A DNA stretch of 58,862 bases, the filler included, from Mitosporidium daphniae (taxonomy: Eukaryota): the NCBI RefSeq assembly GCF_000760515.2. It is 2 parts of 2 records of this genome, joined end to end, with 100 filler letters (N's around TTAATTAATTAA, not from the genome) between each part and the next. Parts side by side here need not be neighbours in the genome. Positions count along the whole stretch, not along the records: positions 29,488 to 58,862 come from NW_013546190.1; 1 more part is not named here. The stretch is one strand, 5' to 3'. How positions within the stretch are numbered: the stretch's first letter is position 1; every line of letters starts with the position of its first letter. Both the position numbers and the translations under genes were made by a program. Below, piece after piece: positions 35,769-47,836 of this stretch. The notes beneath the pieces are model-generated. The model did not search any database and was not told the DNA's origin. It worked only from the letters and a program-made list of their open reading frames with translations.

Positions 35769-38726
35769 ATGATGTTTCATGGCACGCCCCAAAACCTCTT
35801 GAGAGACGAATCCGGGGCAATTCTTGTAACGATTGGGCGGGAAAGAAGCTTTAGAAAGCTACGAAAGAAAACGGAGGATGCCAAACTTGCCATCTCGTCC
35901 GTATTTAACAGCTTTTTAGCCCATCGGCTTCAGGTGCTCCAATTTCGGAGTATTCTGCTTTCTCCAGCCTCTGCCTGTGCACCAATCTTGAATGGGGATG
36001 GTCGGGCTTTTCTGGAGTTTCTTGCTTTCATTAATGGCTTGAACATCGATTACCGGCCTGGTGCAAGCAATTTAAAGCACACACTTTGCTTTCTTTATTT
36101 CACCTTCTTTTCTTTGGGATTATCAACCATTCCTGGGGATGTTTTTGATGGCTCTTTTATCTCCTTTGATATGTCCAAACGCCTCTGCGAATTTGTATGT
36201 CATTCGCTTTTGAACTCGGCTGGTTCTCAAACCTTGAATCCGCAAACAAATACCATCATTCTTAGGGTTGTTGAAATGGCTCTTCTTGTAATCTTTCCTG
36301 ATGACCAAAGATGTGTTTTGGCTCTTTTAAATGTCTCGGCCAAGTTTTGCACGTTAGATAAGCTATTGGTGTCAAATTCTACGCTCGTTGACCACATCTA
36401 TGCTTGTCTGGTGAAAATTGAGCTCCCACCGGATTTACTTTCTGACGTGTGTTTAAAGCTTGTTCAGTTTCTTGGTCGCGATCCGCTTGTTTTTAAAAGC
36501 CTTGTTGTTGACCTTTTTGTTGCTTTAAACAAGCGCAAATCGTTTCTTCTTTCCAATGACCATTTTCTCGAAATATTCACACGCATTCGAGATTCAGATA
36601 TCATTCAAGACTTCAATGAGGCTGATGAAGATAGTGCCCTGTACAACAGCCCGGTCCATGTTGATTTTGCCCGTTGGTTTTTCGCCTCTTTCTTTGCAGC
36701 AGCCTCTATGGGAAATTTGACCTCGCATCGTTGTGATCTCCTTTACGGGTATTCTATCCGGATAATCTTGAGTTTGTTCGAACTACTCCGTCAAAAGGGA
36801 GGCCCTTCCTCCTGGTTATCTGAGCTTTCCTGCGTTTTAAAACCCTTTCCACCATATATTTCATATGGCAGTATAGCGCTGATGGTCCATTTTGACGCCT
36901 TATTTTCGTATTTTGATTTTGAATTTATGTATCCCCCCCAATATGGTACCCTAGACTTTGCGGATGCTTTTTTTCATATCAAAGATATGCCTTTTTCTTC
37001 GCTGATTTCGCTGATTTATTATCAAATGCATGGAATTCTGCAGAGACGCTCCGGTCACACCGAAAGCCTTTCCTTTTCATTTTCCGCTTTAAATCTTCTA
37101 TTCATTCGTATCATTCCATCAAAGATTTCCCCATTGATCGGTCGCAACTCTGTATTTTATACCTTCCTGCTTTACAAGATTTCTACGTTCATCCGAAGAC
37201 TGCTGGCATCAAGTCACATTGAAATTTCGTATGGAACTTCCACTAATTTGCCCGGCGCGTGCTTTATTACCATTCCAAAGACCAAGCAGAGATTTGATCT
37301 TTCTCCGCTTTCCAAATTTATCGCTGAAAATTGCCAAATTTTCACTTCCATTTTTAAAGCCTGCTCGACGGGGACTTGTGCCCCGTCGCTTGTGTTCCTT
37401 GAAGATGACGCCGAATATATTTCCAAATTATCGACTGTTTTGCTGGTTTATTTTTACTTTTTTGTTCCGATTTCCATTCGTACCGAATATTTCAATGCAT
37501 TTTTGAGCTCCGCCTCGAAAAGGTTACCTTTTTAGCCTTATTTTGTTAGAGTCAGCGAAATTCGCCCCGAAAAGCTCATCATACGAAATGGATTTGCACT
37601 TCAAGATGGGCTAAGACACTTTGTGCTTTCAAGGGAAGGCTATTTTTCCTCCTCTCCCTGGTTTATCATCTTTACTGACGAGAATGGAACCCCGGAGCCC
37701 GGTGCAGACGGCGGTGGGCTTTACCGACAATTTTTGAGCGAATCTCTTTCTAGTGTTCTTGATCCAAAAATGAAATTTTTCGAAGAGATCCATTCTAAAG
37801 AGAATTACTTGTCTTCAGCCCTGATTTTCCCCTCTTTTGAAGAACCTTGCTCAGACTTTCTGTTGTCTCTTTTCAACGACCCTTTTTTGTGTGATGTGGA
37901 TACCATTTATAGGTACATGGGGCATTTGCTTGGGCGCATCGTTTTGGCCCGTCTTCCTTTAAGCGGTTTGCACATTAATATGCGCTTCCCGCTCTCTTTT
38001 TGGTGCCAGTTGCTTTCTTTACCATCGCTTCCCGAGTGCAAGATTAATGAGATGCGCGAAATTGACTCTTTTTATCTGCTCCAACTGCTCAGCCTGGATC
38101 ACACACTGAAGAGCAAATCAATTTCGCCTGATGAACTGGCCATTTTTAATGATGAAGGCCTTTTGGTTGATGAAAACAATTTCCCCTGCTATCTTTTCTC
38201 CTCAATTCAAAAGAAAGTATCCAGGCCTCAAATTGCCAAAATCGCTCTCGGATTTTTCTCTCTGGTGCCGCCAGAGATTTTTTCAATCTTCAATGCCACC
38301 GAAATCTCTTGCATTATTGATGGCAGATATACGCTAGATCCTGAAAATGGAAGGATCTCGATGGACCCCTCAGCAGACCGTTTTTGCATCGATTTGAATG
38401 ACTGGCGAGAGAACACCGTATATGTTCTGCCATATACCTCCCAAGATCCCACGATTGTTCTCTTTTGGAATCTCTTGAGCAAATGGGAGGGAAAAGATCT
38501 CTCTTCGTTGCTGAGATTTTGCACCGGGTATGGCTCTGGACCTTACTTGGGCTTCAAAGAGTTCAACCCGCTTTTCTGCATTGGATATGGAGGCGCATCT
38601 CCAGAACGGCTCCCAACAGCCTCTACATGTGTCCACATGTTAACATTGCCAGAGTACGCTTCTGAGGATGTAATTGAGATCAGGCTTCGAACCGCGATTG
38701 GATGCCAAAGATTCTTGCTTTCTTGA
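35769..38726 (+). CDS. HECT E3 ubiquitin ligase (UBE3C/Hul5-like), spliced
   Basis: C-terminal HECT: GADGGGLYRQF, IDLNDWRENT, LLRFCTG, RLPTASTC (catalytic Cys), terminal FLLS. Short intron near 37523-37549 joins the N-terminal ORF. Confidence 0.85.
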
Positions 38727-38791
38727 TTCTCGTTTTCGCACACTTTCTTAATCGACACTATGATGATGGCTTTATTTTTGGCGACAAACCT

Positions 38792-40345
38792 CTACCGCGG
38801 GCAAAATTTGTACAAATACTCCATTGACAGCGCCTTCAAGCTCAAGTGTCCGTTCTCGTCCAAAATGGTCGAGGACAGCTCATCTACAATAATATTTCTC
38901 AACCTCTGCAGAGAGCTGAGCTGCCTCGCCATCCAGGGGGTGGAAAGTAGCAATGCAGCAAGCCCAGTTGCATGTGGCGCAGCCATTGAGGTTCCATTGA
39001 GTGCAAGCAAGGCCCCGGGGGCTCCGGCCACAAGGCTGAAAATGTTGCACCCTGGAGCATATATGTGAACACATCTTGTGCCTCTATTGGAGAACGGGGC
39101 AATTTGGCGATTTTCGCAATATGCGCCGACAGATAAAATCCATGGCGCCGACGCTGCTGGCGAAATGTTGCAGGCGTTTGCCGCCTGGTTTCCAGACGCA
39201 GTAATGACAAACAAATTTGCTTTCCATGCGCTCTCCAGCATTGCATTGAGAATGGAAGAGCGAGTCGATGTGATAGACAGGTTAACCAGCTCGATTGCCG
39301 CACTTTTCTTCTGCGAGATGATCCATGCAAGGCCTGCAATGACGTTGGAGACCGGGCCTGTGCCGGCGCGAAAGACTCGAACGGAGATAATAGTAGCATC
39401 TTTGGCGACGCCTGTTTCCTGGCCACCAATGATGCCAGCTACATGGGTACCATGTCCGTGCTCGTCTGTCAATGATGAGTCGGCCATGGAGGAGGTCAAC
39501 GTTGGATTTGTGTCTCCCCTACGATTTGATTCGAAGATAGACCATCCACCCTCGACACGTGAGCCAAATGAGGGGAGAGAACCGTCGATACCGGTGTCTA
39601 TGACATAGATGCGCACATCTTTGCCCTTAGCAAGCGGATATCGGAAGAATTGGCTTTGCTGACCTGAAATCGAGGGAAGACCCCAAGAGGGCGGGTTAGA
39701 TTGTGACCCAAAAATGCATTTTCGCTCAAGCGGCACTCGAGAGGGCGAAGCTACCTCAGAAAAGGAAGGCAATGCTTCGCTGGCATTTGTGGGAAATTCT
39801 CGATCTTCGTTCATTGCACTATTTTGGCCTCCCATCAGTCCATTTCGAAGACCGAATAGGGACTTTGGGTCCAGCAAGTGATTGCCGATAGCAACTTCTG
39901 CAACAGTGTCTTCCTCGATCTCCTTTACAGCCGCATGAGCGGCCAAGAAAGAGATCTCTTCAGAAGAAAATTCCCCCACAACCCCATGCATTCCATCCAC
40001 AGAAAAAGCACCTGAAATGGAGGGAGGGGCCGTTGCATGCGTGGAAAAATCTCCGGCCACCGTTCCTTCCTTTATTGACTGCAGCAAAAATTTGCTTTCC
40101 GGATCTCTGAAATTTGCAACCAACGACACAATGTGTCGCTTACGAGGGTTGATCTCATCTGCATTGCTAGCAAGCATCCCACCTTCTGCCAGCCGGTCCC
40201 AAAACATAAAGCTTTCTTCGCGCTCTGCCGTCTGCAGGATCCTTTCCAAAATCGACATATTGGCTGCAGAAAAAAGAAGAAGCTGCAAAACTAATATGAG
40301 CGGAAGCCGCCAGATGCCGGACCACGCCATGCAACAAGTAGACAT
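38792..40345 (-). CDS. Subtilisin-like S8A protease with I9-like prodomain, secreted
   Basis: Signal peptide; prodomain ending VKEIEED; SWGL; catalytic D (YVIDTGI), H (HGHGTHVAG), N (ASGN), S (GTSMAAPH). Confidence 0.92.
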   Translation of the reverse strand: MSTCCMAWSGIWRLPLILVLQLLLFSAANMSILERILQTAEREESFMFWDRLAEGGMLASNADEINPRKRHIVSLVANFRDPESKFLLQSIKEGTVAGDFSTHATAPPSISGAFSVDGMHGVVGEFSSEEISFLAAHAAVKEIEEDTVAEVAIGNHLLDPKSLFGLRNGLMGGQNSAMNEDREFPTNASEALPSFSEVASPSRVPLERKCIFGSQSNPPSWGLPSISGQQSQFFRYPLAKGKDVRIYVIDTGIDGSLPSFGSRVEGGWSIFESNRRGDTNPTLTSSMADSSLTDEHGHGTHVAGIIGGQETGVAKDATIISVRVFRAGTGPVSNVIAGLAWIISQKKSAAIELVNLSITSTRSSILNAMLESAWKANLFVITASGNQAANACNISPAASAPWILSVGAYCENRQIAPFSNRGTRCVHIYAPGCNIFSLVAGAPGALLALNGTSMAAPHATGLAALLLSTPWMARQLSSLQRLRNIIVDELSSTILDENGHLSLKALSMEYLYKFCPR

Positions 40346-40366
40346 GGAGGGTCTCCCGCTCCATGT

Positions 40367-40434
40367 TTATTTATATACCCGAACTTCCCATTTGAGCTTA
40401 TCACCGCGCTGCTTATCAGACAATTCAAATGGGA
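40367..40434 (-). promoter_or_regulatory. Putative subtilisin promoter: TATA-like box plus two TGATAAGC sites inside a 10-bp inverted repeat
   Basis: Minus strand TATATAAA at ~40370-40377. GCTTATCA twice between TCCCATTTGA (40386) and TCAAATGGGA (40425). Confidence 0.4.
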
Positions 40435-40669
40435 GCCCTCTTGGGCTGATCATTTAATGTCCAACTTGCCTATTGCGGCGCATCATCCGCATTTATCAAT
40501 CGCGAATTGGAGGAGCACCAAAGCATAAAAAATTGTTTTTAAAAATACAGCATCCCATTTTGAGGAGGGCCCCGTTGCTGGCACAAATAAATCGGTGCAT
40601 TTCATCTCGAAATTGTTTGCGGGCATGTGACATGCCCACATGCAGATTAGTACAGGATTTAATAATAAA

Positions 40670-43102
40670 TTAGACGAGTGGCTTGTGCAGCCCGATTCCA
40701 TGCATTATTCCTTCCATCAAATTGAGTGGAGAAGGCAGAGTATGACTAGGGAATTCTGAAATCCGGTCGATCAGAGTCGAAGGACCCCTCCCGGCCATGA
40801 GCACCATTGTTCGTTTGGATTGGCGAGGAGAAACTGCCGCCGAAGCTGCTGCTACTTTGTCGTAAGCTTCTTCACCACCACAAGGCCCATTGACATGGCA
40901 AACTTCTGGAATTGTGACTAACTCGCCAGAGACTCTTTGCAGCACGACTGATGGAATTGGATTGGACTCCTCAATGGAGGAAGATAAAACCAAGCTCACG
41001 GTATCTTTTGGAATCTTGTTGGATGCGAGAAGCATACAGGAACCCGGTGAGCCCCAATTAGATTCCGTGCTGCTGCCTCGAGTATCGTTGGCCCTCCAGA
41101 AGAAAAGTGGGCCTCCCGGTAACCCAACGGCCAGACCATCTCTATTTGATGCAAGCAAAAGGGCACCTTGAACTTCTTTGAGCCTTAGAGACCAGACAGG
41201 AGTTATCTCAGGTATCTTATATAATGAAATGAGCCCATGAGCACGCGACGCGAGCACCAAGGCTTTTTCAGGGATAACATTAAGCGAGTCAAACCGTGGG
41301 TCAATCGAAGTGCACGATTTCAAATGAAGCCCTGGCGCAATTTCATAAATGGAGAGCCATGTAGAGATACCTTTAGGACAGGCAGTGATCAAGGCCAATG
41401 TGTTTGAAATAACCAGTTCCATGGCGATCATGGGGTTGCCTCTTGGCTGGCGAAGGATCAACTGCCGTTGGATTGCCTTTGCAGAAACTTTCCACAGCGA
41501 AAGTTGACCATCTGGCAAACCAAGAACGAAAGAATCACCACCTTCAAGAGGACCTGAAAGAAAAATACGAGAAGGTTGGTTTACGGACAAGCGGTGTGAT
41601 TCTGTTATCTTGCAGGGACGTTCTTCTGCAGATGAGACAAAGATCCAATCTGCATTCTCATTTTGTCTCCACAATGCCAGTTGTAAAGTGGAGGACTCGT
41701 TGTTTTTCATCACGACAACGACTTCTGTAGGCGAGAGAGCAAGAGAAGCCGAGTAGGAGAGGAGCGAGGGAATTCCTGGTATTCTCTGAATGCCTGTAGG
41801 CATGCCCCCAAGGATATGGCTACAGCGAGAGCTCTTTTCTTGGATGACTTGAATTCCCTCTGGAGAGGGAATCAAAATTGTTCCTGGAAATTTGGAATTG
41901 CACTGTAGAGGATATGAAAATGCAGGTTTTTGGCCAAAGTAATTCTCCGATGCACCGCCTGTTTCTTCTTTAAGTTTACTTTGGTCACTTTGAACAAAAG
42001 CAGGGCCATTTCTATGCAGCAACAGTAGCGAGCTCGAGGCTGGATCTAGGGGAGAGTATGTTGGCAATAGCCGCAATGAGTTATCGCTAGTCACAACTGC
42101 CATTTTACCGGACGGCGATATTGAGATATATTTAAACGCCGCTCCAAACCCTGGAAGAGTTGTCGAGGGGCGAGTTGTCCGTGCATATTTGGGGTTAAAC
42201 GCGGCGGATGAGTCCGAGATTGTTCGTAGAAATGGGTTGAGCGGTGAATTCCAATGGCAAAGAACACCTTCGGATGCACCACTGAAAAGCGATTTTGACG
42301 CCCTCTGCCATTCCATAGCGACGACTGGAGACGAATGCCAATGAAGTGTTGTCAGCAGAGCTTGCTTTTCGGTATTCATTAAATAAAGGGCTATCACACC
42401 GTTGGAAAACCCGACCACCAGCACGCTTTTCATCACGGACAACATTGAAACCGGGTGTGACTTGTATTTTGGAGAGAGCTCAAAACAAAGCGGCTTTGAA
42501 TGCCATTCAGAGTCCTTTACGTAGAAAAGCATAAACATGTTGCTGTTTTTACAAAGAACACAAAAAGCTTCGCATCCTTTCATTTCGGCAGGTACTGGTT
42601 TTCCAGAAGGATGAAGGCGGAGCGGCTGCATAGCAGATATTGGCGACGAATATCGCCTGCTATATATTTCAAGATCGAACAATGGCCCAACTTCTGATAG
42701 CCTATAAATACGAATAATGGAGCCTCCCGATTTTTTGACCCTATCGGTTGCGTTCATTGCTATAGCAAAAATCGATGTAGGATGGTGTGAGAATGCAGAT
42801 ATCGAAAACGACGGGAATGAATGCAAAACAGTTAATGAGCTGCCACTTATCCATTGCAATATGTGTCCTTCTGATGTTCCCAGAAATAGCCTTCCCGGCG
42901 TTTGGGAAATGGCGTCGATATAGTACATACATGTGATTGTGGCTGAGGCTGGGACCATGGTTGAGAAGGAGATCTCGGTTGATGAAACATTGTCCTTTTT
43001 AAATACTTCAAATGAACGCAATCCGGTTACAGAGATAAGTTTGTTATCAGACGTAAAAAGAGGACGGGTAACCTGATAATTGGCATTGTAAATGGGCGGC
43101 AT
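40670..43102 (-). CDS. UTP17: WD40 U3 snoRNP protein UTP17/NAN1 (WDR75), divergent
   Basis: TTLHWHSSPV...LFSGASEGVLCHW, LPGFGAAFKYISISPSG..DNSLRLL, and C-terminal PSHTLPS are characteristic of WDR75. Confidence 0.75.
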   Translation of the reverse strand: MPPIYNANYQVTRPLFTSDNKLISVTGLRSFEVFKKDNVSSTEISFSTMVPASATITCMYYIDAISQTPGRLFLGTSEGHILQWISGSSLTVLHSFPSFSISAFSHHPTSIFAIAMNATDRVKKSGGSIIRIYRLSEVGPLFDLEIYSRRYSSPISAMQPLRLHPSGKPVPAEMKGCEAFCVLCKNSNMFMLFYVKDSEWHSKPLCFELSPKYKSHPVSMLSVMKSVLVVGFSNGVIALYLMNTEKQALLTTLHWHSSPVVAMEWQRASKSLFSGASEGVLCHWNSPLNPFLRTISDSSAAFNPKYARTTRPSTTLPGFGAAFKYISISPSGKMAVVTSDNSLRLLPTYSPLDPASSSLLLLHRNGPAFVQSDQSKLKEETGGASENYFGQKPAFSYPLQCNSKFPGTILIPSPEGIQVIQEKSSRCSHILGGMPTGIQRIPGIPSLLSYSASLALSPTEVVVVMKNNESSTLQLALWRQNENADWIFVSSAEERPCKITESHRLSVNQPSRIFLSGPLEGGDSFVLGLPDGQLSLWKVSAKAIQRQLILRQPRGNPMIAMELVISNTLALITACPKGISTWLSIYEIAPGLHLKSCTSIDPRFDSLNVIPEKALVLASRAHGLISLYKIPEITPVWSLRLKEVQGALLLASNRDGLAVGLPGGPLFFWRANDTRGSSTESNWGSPGSCMLLASNKIPKDTVSLVLSSSIEESNPIPSVVLQRVSGELVTIPEVCHVNGPCGGEEAYDKVAAASAAVSPRQSKRTMVLMAGRGPSTLIDRISEFPSHTLPSPLNLMEGIMHGIGLHKPLV

Positions 43103-43229
43103 GGAGAAAAAACAAAAATTTCCAAATTATTATTAATGTCCAGATTTGAATTCAAAATTTTCAGTTAATATTTACTATTTGCAAAATTAAAATTATGTTA
43201 ATATAATTATTACACAGACCCTAAAGTGT

Positions 43230-43300
43230 GCATTCTTGGTTTAGGGGAATAATTGCCGCCTGCCACGCGGTAGACCCGGGTTCGATTCCCGGAGAATGCA
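43230..43300 (+). tRNA. tRNA-Gly(GCC)
   Basis: Acceptor stem GCATTCT/AGAATGC plus discriminator A. Anticodon arm GCCGC-CT GCC AC-GCGGT, GGGTTCGATTCCC T-arm, T4 downstream. Confidence 0.92.
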
Positions 43301-43320
43301 TTTTGGGTTTTTTAAATTTA

Positions 43321-46300
43321 ATGTCAATTGCAGATTCCTTGGTATCTTTGATCGTAGATTTTGAAAATAACAAGACCAATCCGCTTTACCTATCTTCATC
43401 GCTTGATGGCATTTTGGAGTTGAAATTTCCCTTTTTGTCGGTGTATGAAGTGTGCAATGACCATTTTGAATTTTTGGAGGCTCTTTCGGTTTTTCAGTAT
43501 TTCCCCTCCCCTGGTTCGTCCCATGGAATTTCCCCTATTGTTGTTACTGCGGTGAAAAAGATATTTTCCTCTTCCCCTTCATCATTAAGTCCGCTTAATA
43601 GTTGGTGCCTCGTAAGACTGGACCCATTGGTCCTGGAGGCATCTGAATGCATTCCCTCTACGGAGGCATTCCAAAGGAAACTTATCAAGGCCAACACAGA
43701 TATATTGTAATTCTTTTGTTTCATAATTACTAGCTACCGACAACCGCGACACTCTTTGTTTAGAGAATGTAGTGCTGGATTTGCTCAACTGGCTACCCAG
43801 CTTCTGATCCCAGGCTATTGTTTAGAACATTTGCTTTGCCACTATTTAGGAGAATATGACCTTGACCCCTTTAGAGGGGTTTCTGTTTTCGTTTCAATCC
43901 TATCCGCACAGCTAGACTCATATTGGATTGCATATTGCATGTCCAACTCGCTAGTTGTTCCCCATCAAGCAGCGACTGTGACGCATAAAAAAGCCCTGTC
44001 TCCAGAGTTCTTGCAGACTCATCTTCTAAATTTATTTGATTCAAAAGCACTTCTCAATATCATGTTCCCGGTTCTTTGTCTAAAGCTTGAAACGACGGAG
44101 AGTTTGGGGCTGTTCATTATTGTTGCCATATACTGTTCTCGCACTGAAAAGCCGGTTTCTGCTCTTCGTCAGTTTACTCCCTTCATTAAGCTACAGGAAC
44201 ATTGGGCTTTGTTTTTCCTCGCAGTGGCAATTGTATATAGTTCAAATTTAAGTCAAATCAAGCATGCGGACATCTCAGAAGAATTTTCGTTTTCCATGAA
44301 GCCAACTAAGAGCATTCCAATGGAGATTGAAGATTTTCTGAACGCTCAACTTGGCTCATCTGAGTGGAGCTCGTGGCCCCAGTGGATTTTGAAACTGATT
44401 GCGTTTTTCAGAACTGGATGGATGCAAAGTGCACATTCTAGCGGGCAGCCTGTATATAAGGCCATTGCAGCATTAACAGGCATGTATGGAAACTCTGCAC
44501 TTGGCTTTTTTTGCGCTGTCAAGTTTGATGAGAAAGACTTCCGTCAATTGCCCTTGGATGCCATATGCTTCGTGTACTTTCCTTCTTCTCTGTTGATTTT
44601 TTTGATTGATAATTTCGGATCCAAAGAGCCATGGGCTCCAGTACTTTTGGGAACAGTGCTTGGGCTGGTCGTTTGTCTTAAGAGAGAGTCATCGTTGACT
44701 TTGCATCAACATCTTTGGAACTCCGCTATCGGGGCGTTTCCCACCGAGACCAGATACCAAATGTATGACTTTGCATCTCTGATAAAAACTAACACGTTTG
44801 ATTCATCCATTCCCGTTAGAAGGCTTTTGAGAAGAATTTCATCTGACAATGTGAGTTTGATGAAGACCGAATTTCTGGACACGCTTCATCAAGCCGATGT
44901 GTTCTTATCGGTTTCCGTGATTATAGACCAGATTTCTGCATATGAAAATCTTGGGGATCCCCTTGTCGGCATACTGGGTGGCGATGATAATGCCGAGCAT
45001 ACGCTTTCAAATTTGTATGCAGATGTATTTTCATGGACCATTTTATCCAAACATCTGCTGCAAAAGGCCCCCGAAATGCGCTTGAAAGAAGATGGCCTCC
45101 ATGTGAGGCCCTGGCTGACAAGTTTGACTTTGTATCTTTATTGCCATTAGATTTATCCTCGTTTACCTCGAAGCTGCTTTCGTTTGAAAAAAGGATGGAT
45201 CTCGGTCCGTTTTTGCAATATTTAGCCTCAATAACAAACTCCGATGATCCGGGGCTGTTAGCCGATCTTTATGCCTTTCTTCCAGGGATTTTGTCAAGAA
45301 TCGGCGGAATACCCCCCATTCTTGAGGAGCTTTCAGCATCGCAGATTTCATGTCTTGCTGGCGGAAAGCTTTTAAAATTTTGTTCGCAGCAATGTCCCAG
45401 CGACTATTTTGCGACAAGGCACTCTGTGCCCCGCATACTACAAGCCGCAACTCCCCATCTCATTTGTCAGCTATGGATTTCGCTGGCATTGCTTCCCATC
45501 CGTTTGGTGTCTGTAGAGAGGGGAGGGCATGTGAAGGCCTTATCTTGGCTAATTGATTCGCTTTGTAGAACTTTTTTGCAGTTCACAGAGGCTGTCTCTA
45601 TTTGGATCAAATCTGAGGATGATGTTCCGGACCTCAGATCGCAAATGATTGACATTCTTTTCCCTTCTCCTATGAATGTTGATTTTGCATCTGGCGACGA
45701 CTCCGTGCTATCTTGCTTTTGCTCGCAAACAGGACTTGATCTATCGAGAGCAATGCTAATCATCAACACGCTATCGATGGAAGAGAAGCCCAATTATAGG
45801 ATTGTGGATGGTATTTTTTGGAAGCTATCGCTTTCCAACATAAAGTTTCCGGAATCAGAGTATGATAGGCTGATCGCCCTGCTTGAAGAGCAGCCTTTTT
45901 CTTCATCCCACTCATTACAAGGAAAAAGGGATCGCGTGATGCTTGCTTCTCTTCGGTCATCAATTTTGGCCGAAAAATTGCTTCAAGAATCTTTGCTATT
46001 TAAGTTTGATTCGCAAGATTGCCGCACAAAGGAGCACTCCTATTGTATCGACAGGGGTCTCTGCTGCTGGCAAAGTGAATTTGACATCCTTGAACGTGCA
46101 ATTATTCCTCGTGTGCTCCTTTCACTTTCGGACGCTATATTTTGCGCATATTGGATCCAAAAGTGCCATGAGGCCGAATGGCCGCTTTCTACTCTCATTC
46201 TCCTTGATCGTCTATTTGGCGTGTCGATCGTCTTGCTTTCCGGGCTCTCTTTGCAGGAATCCATCAACTTTGGCCGATTTCTACGAGTTATTCTGGAGTG

Positions 46301-47678
46301 GCTGTCATCGATTTCTCACATCAATATACAAGATCTCCCCTCAGAGGCAGTAGACACGCTTGCTTTTGCTTATTCCGTGTCAGGTCATAAGCTCGGATTT
46401 TGCCCCCATATCAGGCGGACAAGGCGAATGGTCCTAAACACCGCTTCTGTGGACTCCAATTTAGAGTCAGCTAGAATTTGCACCGAACCCAGTGCTAGCC
46501 CCATCGTTAATGATGAAAACATCTCGGCCACTTCTGAGTTGGTTCTTGGCTCAGATCCTTCCGAAAATGCGGCAGAAGAAACCCCCACCTGCGACGGTTA
46601 TGCAAATTCTTCCTGTTTGCATGCATCTTCTGAAGATGCAGCGGCCACCAGATCGACAAAGTTCTGCTCCATGCTGTCAAATGCGACCTCCGCTGCTACT
46701 TCTGATCCGTTATCGTTTTCGCAATTTGGCTCTGTCTTTCGCAAGTGGCATATCAAGCTTTATAGGAGCTTTGCAAAGGTGCTAAATTTAACCTCCCATT
46801 GTAGAGAAAACTACACGTCTTATTGCCGAACCCGGAATGCGCTGGTGGTTTTAACGCTGTTGGTTGATTCCGTATTTCCTGTGCTCGATACCCATGGGAT
46901 GGGACTAGAACGACTTATCTCTCCTCTGGCTACGACGTCGAAAGACTCCACTTCATCTTCAAATGATAATGAGGATATTCGGCTGCTTGCCAAACGATGC
47001 TTGTCTCTTCTTAGAGCCCGCTCCGTATGCTGGATATCCTCTGTAAGTACAGCGACATCTGCAGGCGCCGTGACATCTGCAAACGCAGCTCCAGACATCA
47101 AGACTCCCGTTCTTTCGTCCCCTTTACTCGATCTGTCTTCGGCCAACTCCATTGCTTTGCCGGTAACAGCAACAATGGCAGCAACCCCGGAGCCAGTGGA
47201 ACTCGCACCGGTGCAAAAACAAATCTTGGAAAAAATCAAAGACGTTGTTAATTCATCTCCAAGCAAAAAGGAGTCATCATCAAAACCCCCTTCAGCCAAA
47301 GATACCATCCTCAAAGAGCCATATAAATCTTCCTCAAAATCCGAGCCTTCTAAAAAGGAAAGCTCTTCGATTAAGGAGGAAAGAATGAGAGGAGCGCCCT
47401 TCCCACGCGGACCATTAAAGGAAAGGCGATCTGGCCAAGCCGATGTGCCACGTTCTAACGTTCCGGGCGATAGTCTACGCCCCGGCGTCAATGAATCTTC
47501 CCGTGCGCCCATAGGCGACTCGACAGCTCATCATCGTAGTCATCGTTTTGAAGATGAGGATCGCTCTTCCTCCTCCTCATCCTCGTCAAGGCCTGCAATA
47601 AGGTCCTTTTCATCTTCATCCTCTTCTTCTGACAGAAAGCGTCGCCAGGACCCAAGGATGCCCTCGCGTCGTTATTAG
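43321..47678 (+). CDS. THO2: THO complex subunit 2, divergent, spliced
   Basis: RRLLRRISSDNV, IIDQISAYENL, RLKEDGLHVRPWLTSL, PRVLLSLSDAIFCA, FRKWH, RNALVVL and a charged S/R tail. Short introns near 43707 and 45132 link three ORFs. Confidence 0.8.
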
Positions 47679-47836
47679 CGTGTTGGGTTTATTTTCGCAA
47701 CGATTTATTCTTGCCTGCCTACACCTTATTTTATAAACTTATTTGCTAAATCCGATCGACATCTTCTGTTTGTTGCTGCTGCGACCATCATCCATCACCA
47801 TCCAAGTTAGAAAATAAGAGAACCGCACATGTAATT

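Noticed and set aside
43228..43320. N-terminal part of ORF 43228-43710
   Set aside because: It is the tRNA-Gly sequence read in frame. The plausible start is ATG 43321.
46820..47512. 230-aa minus-strand ORF
   Set aside because: Antisense to the low-complexity THO2 tail.
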